Part shown: one piece after another, positions 8,753 through 18,557 of the stretch
Numbering within the stretch: position 1 is the first letter of the stretch
Layout of the letters: each line of letters opens with the position of its first letter
From: Candidatus Bathyarchaeota archaeon
Lineage (GTDB): Archaea > Thermoproteota > Bathyarchaeia > Bathyarchaeales > Bathycorpusculaceae
Assembly (NCBI GenBank): GCA_963828195.1
Contig: CAWHDT010000005.1
Span: 364,923 to 428,922, forward strand
DNA length: 64,000 bases
Direction: 5' to 3'
The notes under the pieces: model-generated
The model's database searches: none
What the model was told of the DNA's origin: nothing
Seen by the model: the letters and a program-made list of their open reading frames with translations, nothing else
Translations under genes and position numbers: made by a program

Positions 8753-10198
8753 TTATCTGACCTTGCGATCGACCAGTTTGCCGTCTGAATTGATCAGTTT
8801 TATGTCAATCGGCATCTGCCCGACTGCATGCGTCGCACAGCTGAGGCATGGGTCGAATGCTCGGATAACGGCTTCAACGCGATTGAGCATGCCTTCTTGA
8901 AGTTCTTTTGCTTTTACGTATTTTTTGGCTACTTGTGTTATTGCCATGTTGTAGGCGAGGTTGTTGTGTTCTGTTGCGATCATCATTGTGTTGGATATGA
9001 TTAGTCCTTGCTGGTCTACTTTATAATGGTGGATAAGTGTGCCTCTTGGCGCTTCAGCCACGCCGACACCTTCATACGCGTTTACCATTGCTTTTGATTC
9101 CACGTGCTCCGAGAGAATTTCTGGGTCTTCAAGCAGTTTCTTAGCGGTTTCAACGCAGAACAGCAACTCTACCAAACGTGCATAATGATAGTGGAAGGTG
9201 CTTTGAACAACTCCGTTTCTGCCTAGTTTTTTGAATTCTTTTAGTTCTTGATCTGCAAGCGGTGTATCACAGTGTGAAGCAACGTTAAGTCTGGCTAACG
9301 GTCCAACTCGGTATGCTCCATCTGGGTAACCGACGGCTTTGAAGTAGGGAAACTTCATGTACGACCATGGTTCAACAGCTTCTCCGATGAATTCGTCATA
9401 GTCTGTAGGATCAACACATTCTGCCACTACGTTGCCAGTGTAACCCATTATCCGTATTTTGCCATCATAATGTTCCAATCCTCCGTCAGGAGTCACTAAA
9501 CCCATGTAGTAGGTTGGGAAATTACCGAAGTTTTCAACTTCTTCGCTGAATCCATCCAACATTTTCTTGAACAAAGTTAGGGTTTTTAATGCACTTTCCT
9601 GTGCTTCAGGCAAATTAGCTTTTAGGTAATCAGCTCGCTCTTTTGTAAGTGGCCATTTGGCACCACCGGGGATTATCCAGTCGGCCGAATGAATTCTTTT
9701 GCCAGCAACATTCTCTATGATTTCTTGACCGAATTTCCTCAGCCTGATGCCTTGGCGTACAAGTGCTGGGTCTTTCTCCATTAAACCGAAAACGTTTCTT
9801 GATGCTGGGTCAGAATCCATACCTAAAAGGAGGTCAGGTGAGGACAGGTGGTAAAAGTTTAATGCATGCGATTGAATCAGTTGCCCCATATGCATTAAGC
9901 GTCTTAGCATTATCGCTGTTTTTGGCGGGCTAACTCCCACAATTGCGTCGCAGGCTTTAGCTGAAGCTAACAGGTGGCTCACTGGACAGATACCGCAAGC
10001 TCTTGAAGTGATACTGGGCATTTCGTAAAATGGTCTGCCTTCAGTGAATTTTTCGAAACCTCGGAAGTCAGTTACTTGAAACCTTGCGTTTTTTACAGTA
10101 TCGTTCTCGTTGAGGAAGATTGTTACTTGAGCGTGTCCCTCTATTCTTGTGATCGGGGCGATTACAATTTGTTTACTATCTTTTTGTTCTTTAACCAT
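8753..10198 (-). CDS. hoxH: NAD-linked bidirectional [NiFe] hydrogenase large subunit (Hox-type, group 3d-like)
   Basis: Motifs [20 protein letters not shown] and C-terminal [10 protein letters not shown]. Operon context with NuoE/NuoF-like diaphorase genes. Confidence 0.8.
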   Translation of the reverse strand: MVKEQKDSKQIVIAPITRIEGHAQVTIFLNENDTVKNARFQVTDFRGFEKFTEGRPFYEMPSITSRACGICPVSHLLASAKACDAIVGVSPPKTAIMLRRLMHMGQLIQSHALNFYHLSSPDLLLGMDSDPASRNVFGLMEKDPALVRQGIRLRKFGQEIIENVAGKRIHSADWIIPGGAKWPLTKERADYLKANLPEAQESALKTLTLFKKMLDGFSEEVENFGNFPTYYMGLVTPDGGLEHYDGKIRIMGYTGNVVAECVDPTDYDEFIGEAVEPWSYMKFPYFKAVGYPDGAYRVGPLARLNVASHCDTPLADQELKEFKKLGRNGVVQSTFHYHYARLVELLFCVETAKKLLEDPEILSEHVESKAMVNAYEGVGVAEAPRGTLIHHYKVDQQGLIISNTMMIATEHNNLAYNMAITQVAKKYVKAKELQEGMLNRVEAVIRAFDPCLSCATHAVGQMPIDIKLINSDGKLVDRKVR

Positions 10199-10733
10199 AT
10201 TTTGTTTTACCCTCCATTCTGGGTGTTCTGCCTGCTAACAGCTCGGTTAACACGTAGTTAATCAGGTCCGCTGGTGGCGGGCATCCTGGAATATAGAAAT
10301 CTACTTTGACGGCTTCATGAAGCGGACGAGCCTTAACTAGCAGTTTTGGCACTTGATCTGGTTTCTGAGCGTTTAAGTCTGACTTATCAAGGTAGGCTCG
10401 CTCGATGATTGCTTTGTCGCTGTGGGGCCAAGCGTTTCTTAGAGCAGTTACATTTCCTGTTACAGCGCAGTCGCCAAGTGAAATTAAGATTTTAGTGTTT
10501 GCTCTGGCTTTCTTAAGCATGGTTAACTGTTCCTCATTAGCTAAGGCACCCTCAATCAAGGTTACGTCAACGTTTTCGGGGAATTCTTTAATGTCAGCAA
10601 GTGGACTATAAACTAATTTTATTTTCTGGGCTAAATCAAAAAGTCTCTCATCCAGATCTAGAAATGACATGTGGCAACCTGAACAGCCGCTCAGCCAAAT
10701 AGTAGCTACTCTAACTTTTTCTGATGTTGTCAT
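10191..10733 (-). CDS. hoxY: Hox-type hydrogenase small subunit
   Basis: 180 aa. Motifs WLSGCSGCHMSFLDLD, LGDCAVTGN and IPGCPP. Confidence 0.8.
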   Translation of the reverse strand: MTTSEKVRVATIWLSGCSGCHMSFLDLDERLFDLAQKIKLVYSPLADIKEFPENVDVTLIEGALANEEQLTMLKKARANTKILISLGDCAVTGNVTALRNAWPHSDKAIIERAYLDKSDLNAQKPDQVPKLLVKARPLHEAVKVDFYIPGCPPPADLINYVLTELLAGRTPRMEGKTKYG

Positions 10734-11440
10734 TTGCGGTTCCTCCTTGACAGAATAAACTCTGCAACATCTTTATTCTTAGTATGCCCGATTGGTTCTT
10801 CTTCAATATATATTGCTCCCACAGGACAAACTTTCGCGCATTTACGGCAAGAAGTGCAAGAACAAGAATTATCCCAGTTTTCATCAAGATCCATTATTAC
10901 TTGAGTGGTTCTTCCTCTTAGTTTGAGGTCAAGTGTATGAACGCCTTCAATTTGGTCGCAGATACGTATGCATCGGGTGCATAAGATGCAGCGGTTGCGG
11001 TCAATAACTAAGAAATCATGGGTGGAATCAACTGGGTCGCAACTCCAGTTTCGTTCAAACATTACATGGTCAACTCCAAGCTCGTTTGCCAAGGCTTGAA
11101 GTTCGCAGTGATCATTGGCAACGCAAACTGAGCATATGTGCGTCCTCTCGGAAAGAAGCATTTGCACCGCCATCTTGCGGTATTCTTTAAGTCGGTCAGA
11201 ATTGGTTGTGATTTCCATGTTTGGGCCAACCGGAGTTGTGCAAGCAGGGAAAAGTCTGGATGAACCGCTAATTTCGACAAGGCAAAGTCGGCAGCCACCG
11301 TAAGGGGTTAAGCCTTCAACATTGCATAAGGTTGGAATCGCGATTCCGTTGTCTTTGGCTGCTTTCAAAATAGTTGTACCTTCATTAACGACGACATCTA
11401 TTCCGTCAATTTTGATGTTAAAAATGGTAATTGAGCCCAT
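10730..11440 (-). CDS. hoxU: Hox diaphorase Fe-S subunit (2Fe-2S plus 4Fe-4S, NuoG N-terminal-like)
   Basis: Motifs CNVEGLTPYGGCRLC, HICSVCVANDHCELQ, CILCTRCIRIC and CTSCRKCAKVCP. Confidence 0.75.
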   Translation of the reverse strand: MGSITIFNIKIDGIDVVVNEGTTILKAAKDNGIAIPTLCNVEGLTPYGGCRLCLVEISGSSRLFPACTTPVGPNMEITTNSDRLKEYRKMAVQMLLSERTHICSVCVANDHCELQALANELGVDHVMFERNWSCDPVDSTHDFLVIDRNRCILCTRCIRICDQIEGVHTLDLKLRGRTTQVIMDLDENWDNSCSCTSCRKCAKVCPVGAIYIEEEPIGHTKNKDVAEFILSRRNRK

Positions 11441-11442
11441 GC

Positions 11443-13098
11443 TTATTCCTCCTCATGCTTTTTGAAACATTTGCCAGCGTCACATTTCTTGTCCACTATA
11501 TGTTTAATGTAATCGTCTTTGTAGTATCGAAGCGTGGTTATTACCGGATTAGGCGCTGTTTGCCCAAGACCGCAAAGGCTTGCATCCCTGATGAAAACAC
11601 TGGCTTTCTCCAGAGCTGAAATATCATCCATTTTTCCGTCACCAGCCGTAATTCGCTCATATATTTCTAAGACCCTAGCTAACCCCGATCTGCAAGGTGT
11701 GCATTTGCCACATGATTCATCAACACAGAAATCGGTGAAAAACTTCGCTGTATCAACCATGCAAGATTGGTCGTCAAGCACAACAATTCCGCCTGAACCC
11801 ATAATTGCTCCTGCTTTGTTTAATGATTCGTAGTCTATCGGCAAATCTAGCATGATATCTGGTAAGCAACCGCCTGAAGGACCGCCAACCAACACAGATC
11901 GAAATGCTCGATTGTTTGGAATACCCCCGCCGATTTCGAATACTACCTCTCGCAAACTAATACCCATCGGAACCTCAATAAGACCAGGATTTTTAATCTG
12001 ACCCGTTAGTGAAAACACTTTTGTCCCTGGACATTTTGGCGTGCCAAGTTTTGCAAACCATGCGCTACCGTTGACTATTATTTGCGGTATATTTGCGAGA
12101 GTTTCGACATTTTGGATAAGCGTTGGCTTCTTCCATAAACCAGAGTTTGCTGGATACGGCGGACGGGGTCGAGGCATAGCTCTTTGACCTTCAACAGATG
12201 CAAGAATGGCTGTTTCCTCACCTGCAACGAACGCACCTGCACCATATCTAAGCTCAATGTCAAAATCGAACCCCGTTTCAAGAATGTCCTCACCTAGCAG
12301 TGATAGGGCTTTTGCTTGGTTTATAGCGTTCTTTAGCGTTTGAATTGCCAATGGGTATTCTGCCCTGATGTAAATGAAGCCTTTTTCGGCTCCCACAGAA
12401 TAAGCTGCGATGAGCATGCCTTCAAGTATGGAGTGTGGGTCAGCCTCAGCTAAAGATCTGTTAGCGAATACTCCCGGGTCGCCTTCATCTAAGTTGGCAA
12501 CGATGTATTTGGGTGTTCCATGAGCACGTGCAACTAGGCTCCATTTTTGACCCGTGGGGAAACCCGCTCCGCCTCTGCCGCGCAATCCGCTTGCAAGAAC
12601 TTCACTTATTACACCTTGGGGGGTCATTTGGGTTAAGCATTTGATAAATGCATTATATCCGCCGGCATGTATGTAGTCTTCAATTCTGTGTGGGTCGATT
12701 TTTCCCGCATTTTTTAGAACGTGACGTTGTTGTTTCTTAAAGAAGCCTTCATCTTTGTACAACTGTTCTTGCATCGGTAAGCCTAAAACAATGTGGTCCC
12801 GAACTATCTCCCGTGCATTTTGGGGTGTAGCGCTATGATAAAGGTAGTCTCCCGGTTCGATAATTACTGCTGAACACAACGAACAGGTGCCTATGCAGCC
12901 TGTTTTGGCAACTTTTACTTCTTTTTCAACGCCTAATTCTTTAACCGCGTTTTGAAACGCCTTGAATAGTTGTACAGCGCCAAATCTCTCGTGGCCACTT
13001 GAGCAACATACGTTTATTCTATGCTTATAGGCTCTTTCGTATTCAAGTTCGTTTTCGGCTATTTGTTGTATATCAGCTGGCTTCAACTTTTTGCTCAC
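11443..13098 (-). CDS. hoxF: Hox diaphorase NAD(H)/FMN-binding subunit (NuoF-like)
   Basis: Motifs GLRGRGGAGFPTGQKW, NLDEGDPG and ESCGKCTPCR, plus an N-terminal thioredoxin-like 2Fe-2S region. Confidence 0.85.
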   Translation of the reverse strand: MSKKLKPADIQQIAENELEYERAYKHRINVCCSSGHERFGAVQLFKAFQNAVKELGVEKEVKVAKTGCIGTCSLCSAVIIEPGDYLYHSATPQNAREIVRDHIVLGLPMQEQLYKDEGFFKKQQRHVLKNAGKIDPHRIEDYIHAGGYNAFIKCLTQMTPQGVISEVLASGLRGRGGAGFPTGQKWSLVARAHGTPKYIVANLDEGDPGVFANRSLAEADPHSILEGMLIAAYSVGAEKGFIYIRAEYPLAIQTLKNAINQAKALSLLGEDILETGFDFDIELRYGAGAFVAGEETAILASVEGQRAMPRPRPPYPANSGLWKKPTLIQNVETLANIPQIIVNGSAWFAKLGTPKCPGTKVFSLTGQIKNPGLIEVPMGISLREVVFEIGGGIPNNRAFRSVLVGGPSGGCLPDIMLDLPIDYESLNKAGAIMGSGGIVVLDDQSCMVDTAKFFTDFCVDESCGKCTPCRSGLARVLEIYERITAGDGKMDDISALEKASVFIRDASLCGLGQTAPNPVITTLRYYKDDYIKHIVDKKCDAGKCFKKHEEE

Positions 13099-13567
13099 CT
13101 TTAAGTACTTCTTTTATTTTTTGTATAACTTGTTCTTTTGTGGCTTTACCGATAACCTGATCGTCAACAACTATGTTTGGTGCCATAGCGCATGCGCCGA
13201 TGCAGCGTGTTAGAAGAAGGGAGAGTTTTCCATCGGCAGTTGAGCCGCCGCGTTTGAGATCAAACTCTTTTTCTATGGCTGTCATGATTTCATCAACTCC
13301 TTTGACGTAGCAGGCGGTTCCTAAGCAGCCGGTTACGACGTGTTGACCTGGCTTTCTAAGCTTAAACAGGCTATAGAAAGTTGCGACGCCATAAATGTGG
13401 CTGGGAGGAAGGTTCAAAGAACCAGCAATATCTGTGAGTAAGTCTTTATCTAGATATCCATAAATTTCTTGGGCTCGATTAAGGATTTCTAGAAGGGCGC
13501 TTTCTTGATAATTGTGTTCTTTCAAAACTTTTTCAAGCATTAAACGTCTCTCATCATTTTCAACCAA
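13073..13567 (-). CDS. hoxE: Hox diaphorase 2Fe-2S subunit (NuoE-like)
   Basis: Motifs VTGCLGTACYVKG and LTRCIGACAMAPN. Confidence 0.8.
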   Translation of the reverse strand: MVENDERRLMLEKVLKEHNYQESALLEILNRAQEIYGYLDKDLLTDIAGSLNLPPSHIYGVATFYSLFKLRKPGQHVVTGCLGTACYVKGVDEIMTAIEKEFDLKRGGSTADGKLSLLLTRCIGACAMAPNIVVDDQVIGKATKEQVIQKIKEVLKGEQKVEAS

Positions 13568-13884
13568 ACTTTGATCCTCCTTTTAAATTACGGGGAATCA
13601 TAGGCAATCGGTAGCCATCTCTGAAGACCCTAGTATAAAAGTGTAGAGGGTCGATTCAACAAATTTTAACAAACACCGAATATAAAACCAGCTTTTTAAC
13701 AAATGACTCTCAATTTGCTAGGGATTGGAGAATGCAGACATAAACTCACCCCTTTCTGTTTTTAAGACCAATTTATTGGTCTATTTGTGCGCTTTTGGCA
13801 AGAGAATTAGTTACATTAAGCAAATGAACTAAACTAAAGAATGTGCACAGTATCAAGGGAAAACTTTACCAATTCCGTAAATAG

Positions 13885-16704
13885 TTAGATCGAAGGCACC
13901 TTTGGCTTTTCTCGGGCTTTGCTTTTGTTTTCTTCGGAAACCTCAGTTTCAAGCGTTTTTTCTGTTGCTGCTTTTGAAGAAATCTTAGGTCGAAAACATC
14001 GACTATCCGCGTCAATATTTTTGAGGTCTAAAAAGCCTTTTACTGTGCCATCATGTAAGTATTCAAGATTGAAACCCATTTTCTTTGTAAGGCTTAAAGC
14101 GCGATAATTGTCGCTTAACATTATCGCATAGACATTTTCAACTCCTTTTTCCTTGGCAATATCAAGCACATAATCAATCATTTTTGTTCCCAAGCCTAAG
14201 CCCTGCCAGTAATCAGTTACGATAAAAGCCATTTCACCGCTTTTTCCGTCAGGCTCTATACTTATACGAGTTACTCCCAATATTTTTCTTCGCTCACCTT
14301 CAGTTAGTTCTGCGACAATGGCTATTTCTCGGTCGTAGTCAATGTTGCAGTAGCGTACTCGAACCTCATGGGGCGTATCTTTAAGTATCTGGAAGAAACG
14401 GTAGCGGATTGCTTCTTCCGAGAAGCTCTGAAACATTTCAAGCCACATAGGCTCGTCTTCAGGTTTTATAGGTCGCAGAAGCACTTCTTGACCGCCTTTG
14501 AGAGACCAAAGCAACTCGTATTTTTTGGGGTAAGGACTAATCACCATATGTGCATGAGGCTCAAATTTCTTGCAAACGATATCTTTGTCAATAACTATCG
14601 TTGCATCAAGAATGCTGGCTTCTTTTCCAGTTACCAATAGCGGATTAATCCCGATATTTTTTATCTGTGGAAAATCAACGAGAAACTGAGAAAAAAGCAG
14701 TACAGTTTCTTCAAGCTGTTTAAGATCAACAGATGGCGCATTACGGTATCCTTTCAGAAGCTGGTAAACCTTTGTTTCCTCCATCATGCGCCGTAAAAGC
14801 GTGGTATTCAACGGTGGAAGCGCTATTGAATAATCCTTAAAAAGTTCCACACCTACACCGCCCATCCCGAAAAGAATCACGGGTCCAAAAACAGGATCGG
14901 TTTTTCCGCCTATTATTAATTCATACCCATTTTTCGCAATCATAGGTTGAACCAATACGCCGTTTATCTGGGCAGCAGAATTGTAGGCTTTAGCTCTTTG
15001 AATTAATAATTCAAAGGCTTCACGCACTGCATTTGGCGAATGTACATTTAAAATAACTCCGCCTGCGAGGCTTTTGTGGACAATTTGGGGAGAAAGAATT
15101 TTTAATGCTACTGGAAAGCCAATTTCTTGCGCTAAAGTAACTGCTTCGTCAACATTGTGTGCGACAACAGTTTTTAAAACTGGAAAATTGTAATATTTAA
15201 GTACTTTTTGTGCTTCGCTTTCTGTTAATTCTTCACGGTTTTCAAGTGAGACATTTCTAAATATAGCTAGTATGGGGCGTTTTGGCGGTGAAGCATCAAC
15301 GGGTAATTCTTCCGGAGTTTCGTAAAGAAGCTCAAGATTGCGCTGGTAATTGTACATGTACATGTATGTTTTGACCGCTTGCTCAGGTGTAGAGTAAGTA
15401 GGAATTGTGTTGGCATTAAAAATATCATTTGCCTCGTGAACTGCATCAAAACCCATGAATGAGGTAAGAATAGTTTTGTTCTGGTAAGATTTACTCCGCA
15501 CAAGTTCCACTATGCCCTTTGCAACCTCTGCGGGCTCTGAACCGGCCTGCTTGGTAAAAATAACTAGTATTCCATCAACAGTATCGTCGTTTAGGCAAGC
15601 TTCAACCGCAATTCTGTAACGGTCAACCCTTGCATCTCCAAGAACATCAGCCGGATTGCTTTTGCTCCAGAAAGGCGGCAAAACACTGTTAAGAATATCC
15701 ATTGTTTTCTTGCTCAACTCAGCCAATTTGCCGCCGCGAGCAATCAAAGCGTCAGTAGCCATAACCCCTGGACCACCCGCGTTAGTTATTATAGCAAGCC
15801 TTGGCCCTTTAGGCAATGGCTGAGTTCCTAAAACCTCGGCAGCATTAAACAAATCAGCTATCTCTTCAACCCGAACAATCCCCGCTCGTTTAAACGCCGC
15901 ATCATAAACGTCATCTTCTCCCGAAATAGACCCTGTGTGAGAAGCGGTCGTTTTTGCGCTTTCAATAAATTTTCCTGATTTCACAACGATTATAGGTTTG
16001 GTTCTTGCAAAGTGCCTTGCAGCGCTCATAAACTTACGCGCTTCAGTTATTCCCTCAACGAACATGAGTATGCTCTTGGTTTTTGGGTCTGAACCGAAAT
16101 AGTCAATTAAATCGCCGAAGTCTACATCAATCATCGATCCAACTGAAACAAAGCTACTGAAGCCAATGTTTTCGTGAATCGCCAAATCAAGAATTGCTGA
16201 ACCCAATGCGCCGCTTTGCGATATAAAAGCGATGTTACCAGATTTCGGCATCTTATCCAGGAAAGTAGCATTGAGACTTATTTTTGGGTTTATTACACCA
16301 ATACAGTTGGGACCGACTAATCGAATACCATATTTTTTGGCTATTTCAAGAATTTTATCTTCCAAAGCTTTACCCTCAGCGCCTGTTTCTTTGAAGCCCC
16401 CAGAAACAATAATTACGCCTTTAACAGGTGCCTTCCCACATTCTTCCATTATAGCCGGAACGGTCTTGGCCGGCGTCGCAATCACGGCTAAATCCACAAG
16501 TTCAGGAATATGAGTTACTGTTTTGAATGTTTTAATTCCTAAAATCTCAGGTTTTCGAATGTTCACTAAGTAAACTTTTCCTGTATAGTCAAGTTGAGTA
16601 AAATTTCTTACTAGAGCATATCCAACTGAGCCTTCAACGTCGCTGGCTCCGATAATGGCTACAGTACGAGGGTTGAAAATTTTGTCAAGATTCAATGTAA
16701 CCAT
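13885..16704 (-). CDS. ADP-forming acetyl-CoA synthetase (fused alpha/beta) with C-terminal GNAT acetyltransferase domain (Pat-like architecture)
   Basis: N-terminal CoA-binding/succinyl-CoA-synthetase-like region (VAIIGASD..., GPNCIGV, SQSGALG), then an ATP-grasp region. The last ~200 aa carry a GNAT signature (FIVTDYWQGLGLGTKMIDYVLDIAKEKG). Confidence 0.8.
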   Translation of the reverse strand: MVTLNLDKIFNPRTVAIIGASDVEGSVGYALVRNFTQLDYTGKVYLVNIRKPEILGIKTFKTVTHIPELVDLAVIATPAKTVPAIMEECGKAPVKGVIIVSGGFKETGAEGKALEDKILEIAKKYGIRLVGPNCIGVINPKISLNATFLDKMPKSGNIAFISQSGALGSAILDLAIHENIGFSSFVSVGSMIDVDFGDLIDYFGSDPKTKSILMFVEGITEARKFMSAARHFARTKPIIVVKSGKFIESAKTTASHTGSISGEDDVYDAAFKRAGIVRVEEIADLFNAAEVLGTQPLPKGPRLAIITNAGGPGVMATDALIARGGKLAELSKKTMDILNSVLPPFWSKSNPADVLGDARVDRYRIAVEACLNDDTVDGILVIFTKQAGSEPAEVAKGIVELVRSKSYQNKTILTSFMGFDAVHEANDIFNANTIPTYSTPEQAVKTYMYMYNYQRNLELLYETPEELPVDASPPKRPILAIFRNVSLENREELTESEAQKVLKYYNFPVLKTVVAHNVDEAVTLAQEIGFPVALKILSPQIVHKSLAGGVILNVHSPNAVREAFELLIQRAKAYNSAAQINGVLVQPMIAKNGYELIIGGKTDPVFGPVILFGMGGVGVELFKDYSIALPPLNTTLLRRMMEETKVYQLLKGYRNAPSVDLKQLEETVLLFSQFLVDFPQIKNIGINPLLVTGKEASILDATIVIDKDIVCKKFEPHAHMVISPYPKKYELLWSLKGGQEVLLRPIKPEDEPMWLEMFQSFSEEAIRYRFFQILKDTPHEVRVRYCNIDYDREIAIVAELTEGERRKILGVTRISIEPDGKSGEMAFIVTDYWQGLGLGTKMIDYVLDIAKEKGVENVYAIMLSDNYRALSLTKKMGFNLEYLHDGTVKGFLDLKNIDADSRCFRPKISSKAATEKTLETEVSEENKSKAREKPKVPSI

Positions 16705-16968
16705 TTCTGAATTTAACCTCTAAGTTAAGGCTCTCACATCGACATAAATAAGTTTGTTGTGTCTTTATTTTTCCGTAACGAATTCGGGATTCAAGAGGCA
16801 AAACTAAAGTTTCGGAAATTCATTTTTTAAAAACCGCGCCGGACCACAGGTTCCATTGGAAATACTTAAGTGCATCAGTCGAAAAAATGCAGTGACGTAA
16901 GCAATAACATTGCTCTGATTTCTCGAATTATGATGCCTCAATATTGTCACAAATAGACTTGCACTGTT

Positions 16969-17493
16969 CTAATGAATGGAAGCAACGATGGCAGTTACGG
17001 TTCCTTGAATATGTGGAACTTCTTTCTGTATTTTTAAAACAAGTCGTTTGAGATCTTCCTTGTCGCTTGCTTTTACCGCGCATATTACGTCGTATGGTCC
17101 GAATACCGTATCAGCGGACAAAACATTGGGAATACTTTGAAGCTCTTGTTGGACCACTTCAATATTTCTAGGCTGGGTATTGAGGAAGAGAAATGCGTAT
17201 GGCTCCTCCGTGAGCGGCTTGCCTTCGGATATAACAATGAGAGTTTGCGTTTTCTCAATCAGTGGTTCTTGCGGCGTTATTGCTCTAATAGGATTGAACC
17301 ATTTCTTAATGAATTCGTCAAGATCATTAAAATGCAATTGAACCAGAATGTCAACGGGGCCAAAGAGCAAAAAGACATCCTGCATTGAAAGACCCATTTT
17401 TATTAGCTCATCTAAAACTGTATTGATTGCCAACTCGTCTAAAATTGTGTTAAAAACGCCTGTTTTACACGATAAAATCATGTAAGCTTTCAT
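16969..17493 (-). CDS. tandem RAM-domain (Lrp/AsnC ligand-binding-like) protein, no HTH
   Basis: Two repeats of the pattern seen at 1157..1399 (MKAYMILSCKTG...FGPVDILVQLHF and ...VFGPYDVICAVKA...). Confidence 0.5.
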   Translation of the reverse strand: MKAYMILSCKTGVFNTILDELAINTVLDELIKMGLSMQDVFLLFGPVDILVQLHFNDLDEFIKKWFNPIRAITPQEPLIEKTQTLIVISEGKPLTEEPYAFLFLNTQPRNIEVVQQELQSIPNVLSADTVFGPYDVICAVKASDKEDLKRLVLKIQKEVPHIQGTVTAIVASIH

Positions 17494-17555
17494 TGTCGCT
17501 CAAGAATTAATAGTGCTCACTGCCTCATAAGTGTTAAGTTCGGCAAATCTTTTCT

Positions 17556-18557
17556 TTATGGTTTCTTTATTTTTCTTCTGAGAATTGATGAGGGCAGCGA
17601 GTACATATAGAATGTTCCGATTGGATCTTTAATTTGGCTTATTAGAGTCTCAACGTCTTGTCCTGGTTGAAGCTCTTGTTCTCCTTCCAAGCCGAGAATG
17701 GAGGCTAAGGCGCTAAGCATAGCTGCACCTTGTTCTATCGAGTTCGGACAAGGTCCTCCGCATCCTGTGCAGGGCATGTCAACGGTCAAGCATTTAGCCT
17801 CGCATCCAGCTCGAGTTGCTGGTCCCATGCATATTATTCCCTGTTCAAGCAAGCACTTTTCCGGTTCAGGAGCCTTCTCATAAACGCGGTATATCTTTGA
17901 AATTCTCTTGTCTTCCTTCTTTCGGGGGCATTCGTCACAAACAGACTTCATCGGTGCAAGAACCGAACCTTTAGGAGGTAGTGCTTTTTTTGCTATGGCT
18001 TCAACGGCGTTACCGATTAATTTAACTGGTGGCGGGCAACCTGGAAGGTAATAGTCCACTTCAACGGTCTGATCTAAAGTCTTCACGGTGTCGTAGAATT
18101 CTGGAAGCTTCAAGAGCCCTTCTTTTGCTTCAGTCTTAGTTTTGGGAATTACATTGCTTGGATTAATGGTCGATTTGCTTTCCAAGTAGACCTTCTTGAA
18201 AATTTCTTTGCGGTCATGAAGATTTGCCAATCCCGGTATACACCCCTCTTGAGCACAGGAACCGAAGGCTACAAGCGTCTTTGACTTTTGTCTAAGAAGT
18301 TTAGCCATGTGTTCTTGCTCTTCGTTTCGAACTGAACCGTTGAAGAAGCATATGTCCATATATTTGTCAGGCATGGCTTCGAGGTCTTTATACTTGATAT
18401 CTATGGCTACAGGCCAGAATACTATGTCTGCAATTTGTACGACGTCTAATATTTTCTCGTTTAGATCTAACACCGCGATTTCGCAGCCGCCGCAACTTGC
18501 AGCCCAATAAAAGCCAATTTTCAGTTTCTCTTCAGCCATCTGGTTTTCAGCCTTCAC
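17556..18557 (-). CDS. mvhG: Mvh-type hydrogenase small subunit, second copy, with no adjacent large subunit
   Basis: Collinear with 6046..7035, roughly three quarters identical by eye. All Cys motifs are retained. Confidence 0.85.
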   Translation of the reverse strand: MKAENQMAEEKLKIGFYWAASCGGCEIAVLDLNEKILDVVQIADIVFWPVAIDIKYKDLEAMPDKYMDICFFNGSVRNEEQEHMAKLLRQKSKTLVAFGSCAQEGCIPGLANLHDRKEIFKKVYLESKSTINPSNVIPKTKTEAKEGLLKLPEFYDTVKTLDQTVEVDYYLPGCPPPVKLIGNAVEAIAKKALPPKGSVLAPMKSVCDECPRKKEDKRISKIYRVYEKAPEPEKCLLEQGIICMGPATRAGCEAKCLTVDMPCTGCGGPCPNSIEQGAAMLSALASILGLEGEQELQPGQDVETLISQIKDPIGTFYMYSLPSSILRRKIKKP

